A stretch of DNA of 63,934 nucleotides, counting the filler, from Nemertoderma westbladi (lineage: Eukaryota; Animalia; Xenacoelomorpha): NCBI GenBank assembly GCA_032718475.1. It is 4 parts of 4 records of this genome, joined end to end, with 100 filler letters (N's around TTAATTAATTAA, not from the genome) between each part and the next. Parts side by side here need not be neighbours in the genome. Positions count along the whole stretch, not along the records: positions 17,770 to 49,379 come from JAUCBJ010003601.1; 3 more parts are not named here. One strand, written 5' to 3'. The position numbers and the translations under genes are program-made. Every line of letters begins with the position of its first letter. Position 1 is the stretch's first letter. The notes under the pieces are model-generated. The model had not been told where the DNA came from and did no database searches. It saw nothing but the letters and a program-made list of their open reading frames with translations. Of the stretch, positions 38,124 to 49,479 are shown in pieces.

Positions 38124-38568
38124 ATGGGAGTCCATGCTGGGCTCTAACTGCTGAGGACACCAAATCTCTGGATGGCACATTCACAAGAATGCTACGCCGC
38201 GGGTTCATTGTGTCAAGTAAAATGCACACATCTCCAACCAGACACTATATAACATTGGAGGTGTCTCATTGGTTCCCCCAAGCTTGACACTAGAACAAAG
38301 TCGCCTCCGCTTTGCAGGACATTGCTTTCGCCGTGAGGACCAGCCAGTGCATAATCTTGTACTTTGGCAGCCCCATGGAGTGAATAAGCATGGTGGACAG
38401 CCCATGAAATTCTTGAGAGGCATCTTAAAGGACACTGGCCTTGAAGATGCGGATAATCTAGCAAATCTCATGGGTGATAGGGAGTTGTGGCGGCGCAATT
38501 TTGTCGACAAGCCGGTACAGCATTCTTAAAAATGCAGCTGCAATGCAGCATGCCGATCCTAGTAATAG
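38124..38568 (+). mobile_element. 5'-truncated RTE LINE copy
   Basis: Highly similar to 46566-47010; TAG-type tail; TSD TATGTTATTTT (38113-23, 38569-79). Confidence 0.9.
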
Positions 38569-41500
38569 TATGTTATTTTTGCTATACTTCTGACTTAAAA
38601 ATAAATTAATTTTAAAAAGCCATTTTATATGGGCATTTGAGATGTCATTAGATTCAGAAAATTCCTCTGATGCAGAATCTATTGATGCCTGATGAGGTCA
38701 TACTGAGAAGGAATGGATAATTTAAATATTACCAGTACTGTATTATCTCAGCTTGAGTTTTCTGTAAAGTTAAGAGATAGGTTAGAGGCAATAAATCCAT
38801 CTTTGAGGTTTTTCTTTAGGAGCAACAAAAGCTTTAGTGATTACTGGCATTTATGCCTTGCTTAAACTTGTCACCCATGACAAGTCAGCCAATTCTGACC
38901 TTATTGTAGAACGTGATGGCCAAGTAAAACATATGACATTGTCTCAGCCTCTCTTCTTCACATGCCATCTATTGCTGCAGATGCTTCTCCAAGAAACATA
39001 CAAGACAAACTTACTTGTGGATGTATGTAATCTATATATATATATCAGCTGTGAGTTTTTCCTTACAGAGCTCCAAACCCTTGCATTAGTTGCATTCTTT
39101 ACACTACATTGCTTAGCTGTGTTGAACAATCTGGTCAAGACAAACTTCTTGAGATACTACCTAAACATTGCAGTGATCTCAAGGCTGGTAAAACTAAGAC
39201 CCTGGCAGACTGTAGAAATATATAAACATGTTCCTATGATATATCCCCAAACTGATCTTTATAAGAAGGCCATTACGCATAACATGTGCCTTCATGCAGC
39301 TGAGGTAATTCATCTTCAGTGTAGTCGAGAATATGGATTTTCCAACGAGGCAGGGGAGAAACCATGAGCTACTAAATTGTTTAGGATTGATCCTGAAGAT
39401 CTGAAAGAAATTCCAACACATAATATTGAAGCTGAAAGGGATCTTGCCAAATTAAGTCACTTGGCAGCAGATGCATAATTTTACACTGCCAAGTTCACTG
39501 CTAAGGGTATTCGCACTGATATGGTTTTACAGTATATCAGGCTGTAAAAGGCATTGTTAAAAGAATTTCTCGGCAAGTTCGATCCATGTGAAAGGGAGGA
39601 TAAATTGTCTCAAATCCAAAAAGCTCTCGAGAAACAGAGGCTTCTAATAAAATAGGCATAGCATCTCACTTACAGGATTACACACTCACTCGCAATGATT
39701 ACACTATTGTATGAAGCTTCTTTGTGATTGTAAAATATGGACCATGCACCTCACTTGATGAGCATGAATCAATTCAGAATTAAAATCCGCATTTAAAGCC
39801 TTTTTCCAAACGTTCTCATACGTCTGATGTAATTGCCAGACCAGATTTGTTTCGGCTCATGAAGATTTCCCATGAGGATATGGTTGAGAATCCGGTTGTC
39901 TTATTATCAGATGAGAGCCACATTGCTTCTACAGTAGATAGAAGCAACAGAGAAAAAATCAAACTTCCTTCTTAACGATGATATTTTCCAGAGAATAAGT
40001 AACAATGCTATCACTGTCCAAGACATCCATCCACCCATACAATCATTATGAATAAGTAGTCAATCAGATCTGTACGTACCAATAAAATAGCATGTGTGCC
40101 ACAATCTGGGATAGGCTATAAAAGGCAAGAAAGTATGGTACATAGGGTACAGTACTATAAAGAACAACTAAGCGATAATCAATATATATGTAGTCGAGCA
40201 CTGAGGATTGATGAATCCTGGTACATTCTCGAAATACCGTTTTCCAGATGACTGACATCCATACAGTAGGCCTAATGTGTATCAGATCTTGACCTGTGCA
40301 GTTATAGGAGAGTGGGATTCAGGGAATGCAAGTGATATTTACAAATTCTTCAGCGAAATACTGATCTGAAATAGGATTTATTAAATGGAATGTTATATTA
40401 TATTATATTATGATATTGAAATTAAATAAAAATAATAAAACACAAGAAAGAAACAAAAAAATAAATAAATATACCGGTACTTAAAATACACAAAAAAATT
40501 ATAAATAAACAAAAAATACAATTTTATAATGCATTGCAGTGCTACTGATAAGATCTGATGCCAATTGAAACAAAATATGAAAATTGTATGGTAAATAACC
40601 CATATTTTAAGAAATATAGTGTTTAATGACATAAAGATGACATCTACCCCCACTAAATCGAACATTGCGATTCAAATGAGATCAAAATAAGTCAATACGA
40701 CCATAAAGAAGTTGGTATACAAGCAAAATTCTCATAAATCCAATACCGCTCGACCGCATTGTGGGTACCGCTCAGTTTTTTTGCTTGCTGCTGATGAATT
40801 TGGACTAATATTTCAAATTTTTTGTGAATATTATGCCCATATGCCCTAATACATCGAAAAAACATGTCCCAAGGTGATTCTGAAGACATGACCTTATACC
40901 CCCAGCCCCACCTCTAGTTAGGCGTGCTAATTCTGTTGCTGTTGTCCTCCACCTCCTCCAGGGTAGTACCATATATTGCCTACATCCTATTGGCCTACTT
41001 ATTAATTAACAGCCCAGCCTGTACTTTCCCTATGTAGTGGTTTGTGTAAAAATACTGGTGCGCCCGTTGCCTATGTATTCACTTGCCATTGAAATGTTTG
41101 CAGTTAGTCATTGTCGTTTTACTTGTCCTTGTTTTTAGTTACCGTGTTAATATTCAGATTTCCTGCCGGCTTTTATTTATTATTTTAACCAAACGAAACG
41201 AAATAAACATTTTATTTATACTGTACCCAGATCCCCACCCGAATGTTGGCAACCTCATTGCAGTCGCCAGAGGGGATATAACACTAGTGGCGCCACTTTT
41301 TCACGATTCTCGTGGCCCTCGCAGGTTACAAAAGTGGCGGTCCAAACCCCATCACTATTGACCTTCGGGCCAATAGCAAGAAGTCCGAAATTCTACAAAA
41401 TTTATTAGATTAGAGCCTTATGACTTACTTAGGGTTAGGGTTAAATTACTGCGCTCCCTTACTACATTCGGGGGAGGTTTATTGACAGACACATCTAAGC

Positions 41501-41640
41501 TTTGATATTTAGGTTTTGACAATCTAGGTACTGCAGATTTACAATAGGCCAAATCCAAGTGATTTTCTAAATGTTACTTGGTTCCTATTAGGATCTTAAT
41601 AGGATCATGCCAAGCAGCCGCTTGGTGTAGTGGTGACATT

Positions 41641-41887
41641 CCGAGAAAGGGGGGGAAACTGGACGCAAAACCCGCCTGGGCGAATTAATATCCCGCCTCA
41701 TTGTTAAATTCTAAATTTAGGGAAAGGAGCAGGTTACAGTGGCACGATATTTCAACCAAAACAATAAACTAAACACAATAGAACAGGTTACAGTTTTATT
41801 TTTGAGAGTAATCATCTGTTATTTGCGTCCAATTTCCCCTGGAGTGGGATGAATTTTTATTGCGTCCAGTTTCCCCCCCTATCTGGA
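41641..41887. mobile_element. MITE inserted in the SINE head
   Basis: TIR AGGGGGGGAAACTGGACGCAA / TTGCGTCCAGTTTCCCCCCCT. GACATT(CC) duplicated on both sides; exact TSD length ambiguous. Confidence 0.75.
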
Positions 41888-42008
41888 CATTCCTGGGCTT
41901 CCAATTAGGAAGCCCTGGTTCGATCCCTAGAGGGGACAGCACTGCTTGGGCACAGTGATTTAAATGCTGCAGCCTTCAGTGGTCGATAAATGGGAACTAA
42001 GGCAACTT

Positions 42009-42625
42009 GGGAAACAGAGTGGAGGGGTGATCAACCATGGTGGTGAACAGGCACTCCTTTAGGAAACCGAGTGGAAGGATTTACTGTGCAAGATCACCCA
42101 TGGTGGTGAACAGGCATTTCTTTAGGAAACAGAGTGGAAGGGTTTACTGTGCAAGATCACCCATGGTGGTGAACAGGCATTCCTTTAGGAAACAGTGGAA
42201 GGGTTTACTGTGGAAGATCACCCATGGTGGTGAACAGGCATTCCTTTAGGAAATAGAGTGGAAGGGTTTACTGTGGAAGATCACCCATGGTGGTGAACAG
42301 GCATTTCTTTAGGAAACAGAGTGGAAGGGTTTACTGTGGAAGATCACCCATGGTGGTGAACAGGCATACCTTTGGAAACCAGAGTGGAATGGATTACTGT
42401 GGAAAATCACCCATGGTGGTGAACAGGCATTCCTTTAGGAAACATAGTGGAAGGGTTTACTATGGAAGATCACCAACGATGGTGAACAGGGATTCCTTTA
42501 GGAAACAGAGTGGAAGAGTTTACTATGGAAGATCACCAACGATGGTGAACAGGGATTCCTTTAGGAAACAGAGTGGAAGGGTTTACTGTGGAAGATCACC
42601 CATGGTGGTGAACAGGCATTCCTTG
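42009..42625 (+). repeat. ~63-bp minisatellite, ~10 copies
   Basis: Unit GGAAACAGAGTGGAAGGGTTTACTGTGGAAGATCACCCATGGTGGTGAACAGGCATTCCTTTA. Confidence 0.93.
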
Positions 42626-44239
42626 GCTTAACGAGCATAAAAGATTCTCCCATTCATTAGGATCCAATAGGACGAAAGTTACTAAGTATAGTACTGTATA
42701 TTATTTAGTAATTATGTAGGCCTAATTATTAAGTCACGGTGTGTCCGCATGTCCATCTGTCGGTTTTTCTGTCTGTCCAGCGATCTGTCTGTCAAAGTAA
42801 TAGGAAGACATACCAACCATCTACATTTTTTGTTGGGGGCGTTTTCAAGGGTGCTGATTTCATTTCCGATATCAGTTTTCATACATGACGTCATCCACAT
42901 TGTCAGTTCAGCTGTCGGTTATATTTTGACGGACAGACAGACAGCAATTCAGACAGACATACTGTAACACAGTTAAATGAGACAACTGACTGTAGAAATG
43001 AAATCAACGACCCAGAAAACCCATGAAACAAAATTTTGTTTTGTCTGTGCATTCCAACATTACAATGGGCAGGCAGCCTTTAAATAAATTACCCTTACCG
43101 TAAACTTTAAATGCATTTTCTGAAGAATGCAAATTTTAAATTTCAAAAAGCAAAGGCTTTTCCAAAAATGGACGAATTCGTGTAAAATTGTGCATGAATG
43201 GTGACTGGCTGGTGCTTAATACCCCTTGTGACCACTTTTTTAAATTTCTTTGTTGCAGCTGAAATATTTAACAAAATGTGTCCATTTTTGGTTAAAAATG
43301 GAAAAATCTGTCAAAAATATCGCAAAAAATCAGTTTTTTTAAAATAGTTTTTGAACATGAGCAGAGCATTTATCAAAATTCTGGTCATATGGTCGATTTA
43401 GCATGCCATTGTGCACGAAATTTTGGGCGCTTGATGACCATCCCTCTAAAAGATTTTGCATTTTAAAAAATAATTGCATATATTATGTTAATTAGGTAAA
43501 AAATTAAAAATTTCGAAAAAAATTTTTGAAAATTTTTTCCCACCTATTATTGTATACAAGTGTGTGCTAAATATCAATTAATTTGGATAAAAACAAGTCT
43601 CCTAAATAATGGGATGACAATTTTTAGTTAATTAGTGACCCCCCCCCCCCCCCCCCCCCCACAAAAATTAAATATCCATTTTGAATACAATTACATATTG
43701 TTAGTCTATCTAGCACATAAAAAAATAAGATTACATTACAGTTCTCGTCTATATTAAAAAGCCTCGAAATAATAATGTTATAAAATGCTAGCTAGAATAT
43801 AGTCTTGAATTAAATTGTTAGAACCAAGCTGCCAAGGCAACTTGGGAAACAGAGCGATTACTGTGGGTGGAAGATCACCCACACCCAGTTATAAAGGAGT
43901 CCGAGTCCGTGGCTCGGGTTGCTTGATGATCTTTCCAATATTAAAAAAACAACTACTGTAGACCTATACTGCTATACCAGATACCACATCGAATTCGAAA
44001 CATACTATAGTATAGTTAAATAAGTTGGGTTAGTCTGTTAGTAGAAGGGATCTTTCTACAGGTAGGGGTAGGTAGGGTCATCCACCGGTTGTGAGGTTAA
44101 ACCCACCCCCCGTCCATCACACATTGACGGTTGGTGCTGGGGTGGGTATAACCAGGACTGGGCATACCGCATACACATCTCATTGCTGCATTCTGGCATT
44201 GGTTGTTATCCAGTAAGGATCGCCAGATATTCATGCATG

Positions 44240-44638
44240 CTATGTATCCGACTTAAAGTTCAAGGCCACTGAATTGATGCAGTATCGTTTATTTGTGGGT
44301 TTAGGTCCGTCGTCGAACACGTGACCTAGATGCGCCCCGCACTGCTTACAGACGACCTCGGTTCGCTCCCTACCTAGCGATAAATCCTCGATCAACCGAA
44401 CGCTATCCTGGGACGCGAGATCCCAGAAACTCGGCCAACCCGAGCCCGATTCATACTTCTCCCCGGTACGGAATAGCAACGAGTCGCAGACTACGCAATG
44501 GAAGTTCCCGTCTCCGGATACCTTGAGGTGCGCGCCGGAACCAGGTTCCTCCGTTCCCTTTTCCTGAGTCACGTAGTACTGCATCGGCGTCAGATGAGTC
44601 TTGAGACTATCGGTTTTATCATCGGCGTCGGCCATCAT
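44240..44638 (-). CDS. msrB: Peptide methionine-R-sulfoxide reductase, Zn-binding, MSRB2-like
   Basis: GTE, two CxxC Zn pairs (CVVC, CKQC), [16 protein letters not shown], catalytic RYCINS; uninterrupted 132-aa ORF. Confidence 0.95.
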   Translation of the reverse strand: MMADADDKTDSLKTHLTPMQYYVTQEKGTEEPGSGAHLKVSGDGNFHCVVCDSLLFRTGEKYESGSGWPSFWDLASQDSVRLIEDLSLGRERTEVVCKQCGAHLGHVFDDGPKPTNKRYCINSVALNFKSDT

Positions 44639-44940
44639 ACCGCAATACGAATGAATTATAAATAATTTCTAGAAACTTGGTTTTCAGGTTTTTATACCGG
44701 GTACCGGTAGCGGTAAGTGATAAGCCTCGCCTTTGACAGTTTGACTCTTTTGAGCAATAATAAAACGGCAGAACTGTAAACTGTGATCTTGAGTCAGTGA
44801 GTACCGTACCGGTAGCGCGGTAGGTATCTTTCTTGATTTGGTAAGAACGTATGTCAGTATGTAGGTACGGTAATAAGCTCGTCTCCTTTCCCGTAATTGG
44901 TATGGAAAATACTAATTCAATACCTATTCATGTATTCCAG

Positions 44941-47009
44941 GACTGCCTTTACAGAAGCAGTTAAGTTAGCAGCTGCAGAAACAGTTCCTGTATACCCTCG
45001 AAACAGGAAAAGGGCCCCCTGGACTGACAACAAAATTCAGAAGTGCCGAAATGACCTTCATAAGGCGCAGAAAGAGTCCCGACTCAAACAGACTACAGCG
45101 GCCAAGAATGCAGTTAAAGCTGCATCTAGGTCCCTGAACAGGCAGTACTCTGTTAATCTACAGGAGCTAATAAACCAACAGGTTGATGCCATCAATGATG
45201 CTGACGACAGCAGGCAATCATCCCAGGCATGGAAATCGATCAATCCGCTTACTGGGCGGAAAAGCCAACCAACCACCAAGGTTAAGGCTGAATCACCAGC
45301 CGATCGCCTCAATGGTTGGAAAGCCCACTTTGAAAAGCTCCTCAATAATGACAGGGTATTGCCTGATAACTTTATAGAAGTAAAAGTGTCTGAGTCTGTA
45401 CTCCCAGATATTCCCATTGGCGATATCTCCTTTGCAGAAGTGAAGGCTGCTGCAAAGACCATTAAGACCAATCGTGCCAGTGGAGTAGATGGTGTTCCCC
45501 CTGAGGTCTTTAAAATACCTGAGTGTTTAAAGCTCATCTATCCCATCATAGTAGACATGTACCGTACAACAAGAGTCCCACAAGAAATGAAAACAAATAA
45601 GTTGGTGCCAGTTCCCAAGAAGGGCAACCTAACACTCTATGGTTCTTTTCGGGGAATCTCATTGATCTCGATTGCTGCAAAACTATACAATAGAATTCTA
45701 TTAAATCGCATCAGGGATCCCATTGAGAGACTGCTACGTGGAAATCAGAATGGGTTCCGTAAAGGTCGTGGGACCATGGAGCCCATTTTGGCACTTAGAA
45801 GGATAATTGAAGAGTTATCAAAAAAGAAAGACAGGCATCTGGCTGTTATCTTTGTTGACTTCTTCAAGGCCTTTGATTCAGTCTCTCGCTCACGTATGTT
45901 CAGCATACTTTCATTATATGGGATTCCTGATGAAATTATTGCAGCAATCAGATCAGTATACGATGGTTCAACAACATTTGTGTCTACTGTTGACGGTGAC
46001 ACAGAACCATTTGAAGTGTTATGGGGCGTCCTCCAAGGAGACACACTTGCACCATTCTTGTTCATTATTGTGGTTGACTATGTTCTACGCATGTCCTTAG
46101 ATCATCAGAATGATGATGGGGTGATGATAACTCCACCTACTGGCTCCAGAAGTCGAGGAAATCCTGCCAAGTACCTAACTGATCTAGACTTTGCTGATGA
46201 CTTAGGAGTACTCTCAGAATCATTAGAGGGAGCCCAGCGGCTCCTCAGCTCATTAGAACATGCTGCTTCTAGTGTTGGTCTTTTTATTAACTCCAGAAAG
46301 ACCAAAATTCTGACAGTTAACTTTGAAAGTCCTCAGCAAGTCTCTGATCGGATGAGCATAAGCTCAAAGGATGGTATGCTTGAGCATGTGGACGACTTCT
46401 GTTACCTGGGATCATGGATCCGGAAGTCAGGTGAGGACCTTCGAATACGTAAGGGAAAGGCATGGGCAGCCTTGAATAGGCTTTCCAGGATTTGGAAGTC
46501 ACCTAGAATTAATCGGAAACTTAAGGTCCGATTATTTAGAGCAGCAGTAGCTCCAGTACTCCTCTACGGGAGTCCATGCTGGGCTCTAACTGCTGAGGAC
46601 ACCAAATCTCTGGATGGCACATTCACAAGAATGCTACGCCGGGTACATTGTGTCAAGTACAATGCACACATATCCAACCAGACACTATATAACATTGGAG
46701 GTGTCTCATTGGTTCCCCCAAGCTTGACACTAGAACAAAATCGCCTCCGCTTTGCAGGACATTGCTTTCGCCGTGAGGACCAGCCAGTGCATAATCTTGT
46801 ACTTTGGCAGCCTCATGGAGTAAATAAGCATGGTGGACAGCCCATGACTTTCTTGAGACGCATCTTAAAGGACACTGGCCTTAAAGATGCGGATGATCTA
46901 GCAAATGTCATGGGTGATAGGGAGTTGTGGCGGTGCAATTTTGTTGACAAGCCGGCACAGCATTCTTAAAAATGCAGCTGCAATGCAGCATGCCGATCCT
47001 AGTAGTAGT
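44941..47009 (+). mobile_element. Young 5'-truncated RTE-clade LINE with an intact RT reading frame
   Basis: Open frame to 46969 (QNGFRKGR, FVDFFKAFDS, GVLQGDTLAPFLF, FADD, LRFAGHCFR). (TAG)n tail. TSD ATGTATTCCAG (44930-40, 47010-20). The listed ORF start at 44897 lies in flanking DNA. Confidence 0.95.
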
Positions 47010-47187
47010 ATGTATTCCAGTATTCACTATTACTGCAGTACCGGTACTGTTTTGCAGTATTAGTTACCAGGTACATTTCTGCATTTAGTTCAGTACCGGT
47101 ACCAGCTGAAGGGGGTAAACGCTACGCCTATCGCCTATGCCTTGCCTACCCTCCTCTGTTCCTACACACAATTAAATCTGTCATGTA

Positions 47188-47286
47188 CAAGGCCTACTGT
47201 ACTAAGTACTACTTAGTACTACTAAGTACTAAGTACTAAGTAGTAGTACTACTAAGTACTACTACTACTTAGTACAGTAGGCCTTG
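47188..47286. mobile_element. 99-bp foldback MITE (P- or hAT-like)
   Basis: TIR CAAGGCCTACTGTACTAAGTA / TACTTAGTACAGTAGGCCTTG. Exact 8-bp TSD GTCATGTA. Interior made of TACTAAG/TAC repeats. Confidence 0.85.
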
Positions 47287-47745
47287 GTCATGTAGGATCT
47301 TCTGGATAGTAGGAACCCCATGTAGGAACCCAGACAGCTTAGTTTTGCTACAAGGTTAGAAATTCAACCACGACATGCCAGTTTTTTTAAATTAGTATCA
47401 AATATTTTGAGCAAGTCGTAAGACTTGATTACTGTAAGAATTGTCAGATTGTTTGTTCGCGCTTTTAGACCTTTAGCAATTTAACCTGCCAATTTTAAAT
47501 GTCCTTTTAATTATGAATCGACTTTGCCCGTACCAATCACCTGGTGTACTGAATTTACATCTGCCGAAGCCAGTCCGTGCGCGGTGTATGACCCACGGTG
47601 TGGGAGACTGGATTCGGGTTCCAGAGGAAGTTATTGCGGTGTAGGCTACTTTGTATTGTTCGATTGATCGCTACTATATAATCTCTGACAAATATATTTA
47701 CTTTCGGGGAAATATTAACAGTTCCTTTGGGGCGTGGCGCTTTAA

Positions 47746-48260
47746 CCCTTTCCGGCCTGAATTAATTTAATTTAGGAAAAAAATTGGTTGGTCTTGTTAA
47801 TGGGTTAATTATACACCAAATAATAATTTTCGATGAAAAAATTTTCAAAAAATTATTTCCAATGTTTTTTTTTTTATTGTATACAAAAGTATACGTTAGG
47901 TATATGAAACATGTTCCCAATGTATAATTTTGTATACGAACTCTAGATTGTAAAGAGAAAAGAATACAAGCTCGAATGTAAACACCATATTATTTGCATC
48001 ATTCAAAAAATGTATCTGGGAATAGCGAAAGTCTTAGGATAATTAAAGGTCAACTACAAATCTATAAATCGCTTGAACTGCCATATCACCAATATCGTTG
48101 CTATTTGCTGCTATCCTTGTATAACGTCCACAGTCATAAAGATATGTTATTCAAACTCGAAAAAAAACTACGGCCTCTGAGCTGTGTACAATACAAGAAT
48201 CAAGGACTGCGCTGGGACAGAATAGCGTACAAGAGCGGGAATTCCTATCCTCTCGGTGTA
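47746..48260 (+). mobile_element. Left part of a piggyBac-like non-autonomous element
   Basis: TTAA-CCCT start; body shared with 90-370; right end not found. Confidence 0.5.
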
Positions 48261-48264
48261 TCTG

Positions 48265-48700
48265 GAATATTTCGCATTACTATTCTTTGGCAAATACATA
48301 ACAAACAAATCCGTCCGATTCCAAACTCGAAATCTCCCATACTTACCACATACAATAACAGACAACTTGCTTAACAGGCGCACCCTTAATATTAAACTGC
48401 CAAGGACTAACAACCGAACCGGTTTGGGCATTACAGCTTTTAATTATACCTTAACTTATAAAATTATGGAATGACCTGCCGCATAAAATAAAACTTCTTG
48501 TTACGAACTACTTACATTTCAAAAGAACTCTGAAAAAGCATATTCTATCTCGATTTCAACGAGAAACACAAAATTAATGATATTAATCAAATTAAATGCT
48601 TGGTATTTAGTATTTAATTTCGTATTTAATTTTGATTTATTATGTTTTACACTGCATGATGGATTGTATTGATTTATTTGTATGTTGTTTACATTTCATA
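48265..48700 (+). mobile_element. 3' end fragment of an L2/CR1-group LINE
   Basis: KLWNDLPHKIK...FKRTLKKHIL C-terminal motif followed by an AT-rich 3' UTR. Confidence 0.55.
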
Positions 48701-48714
48701 GGTGCCTAATTCCT

Positions 48715-49379
48715 ATAATCGGAAACTTAAGGTCCGATTATTTAGAGCAGCAGTAGTTCCAGTACTCCTCTACGGGAGTCCATGCTGGGCTCTAACTGCT
48801 GAGGACACCAAATCTCTGGATGGCACATTCACAAGAATGCTACGCCGGGTTCATTGTGTCAAGTACAATGCACACATCTCCAACCAGACACTATATAACA
48901 TTGGAGGTGTCTCATTGGTTCCCCCAAGCTTGACACTAGAACAAAATCGCCTCCGCCTTGCAGGACATTGCTTTCGCCGTGAGGACCAGCCAGTGCATAA
49001 TCTTGTACTTTGGCAGCCTCATGGAGTGAATAAGCATGGTGGACAGCCCATGACTTTCTTGAGACGCATCTTAAAGGACACTGGCCTTGAAGATGCGGAT
49101 GATCTAGCAAATGTCATGTGTAATAGGGAGTTGTGGCGGTGCAATTTTGTCGATAAGCCGGCACAGCATTCTTAAAATGCAGCTGCAATGTAGCATATGT
49201 TAATAATGCTGTGCCGGCTTGTCGACAAAATTGCGCCACCGCAACTCCCTATCACCCATGATATTTGCTAGATCATCCACATCCTTAAGGCCAGTGTCCT
49301 TTAAGATACGTCTCAAGAAAGTCATGCGCTCTCCACCATGCTTATTCATATTCACTCCAAGAGGTCGACAAAGCACAAG
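48715..49379. mobile_element. Two RTE 3' fragments tail-to-tail (plus 48715-49197; minus ~49205-49379)
   Basis: First is near-identical to 46510-46990; second is a diverged reverse complement of the same 3' end running into the gap. Confidence 0.88.
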
Positions 49380-49479
49380 NNNNNNNNNNNNNNNNNNNNN
49401 NNNNNNNNNNNNNNNNNNNNNNNTTAATTAATTAANNNNNNNNNNNNNNNNNNNNNNNNNNNNNNNNNNNNNNNNNNNN
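49380..49479. other. Assembly gap with artificial linker
   Basis: N44-TTAATTAATTAA-N44. Confidence 0.98.

Larger units (their letters stand above)
32878..40904 (+). mobile_element. Unclassified DNA transposon with long TIRs and a degenerate internal ORF; left TIR interrupted by an LTR retrotransposon
   Basis: 32905-33079 plus 37982-38080 is the reverse complement of ~40620-40885. The internal region 38580-40000 has coding-like remnants (IPTHNIEAERDLAKLSHLA, KFTAKGIR, HTSDVIARPDLFRL). Confidence 0.7.
41617..42630 (+). mobile_element. tRNA(Gly-TCC-like)-derived SINE (family B), head split by a MITE, tail expanded into a minisatellite
   Basis: Removing the MITE rejoins box A TGGTGTAGTGG, an anticodon arm CCTGG..CTTCCAA..TTAGG and box B GGTTCGATCCC. 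A related tail sequence occurs at 43833-43880. Confidence 0.72.

Noticed and set aside
41429-41443. TTAGGG telomeric repeat
   Set aside because: Only about two units.
42037-42631. Repeat-protein ORFs (MVVNRH...)
   Set aside because: By-product of a 63-bp minisatellite; frames are broken by indels and stops.
44240-44638. Bacterial contamination or HGT origin of msrB
   Set aside because: Sequence resembles animal MSRB2 and is contiguous with host repeats; no operon context.
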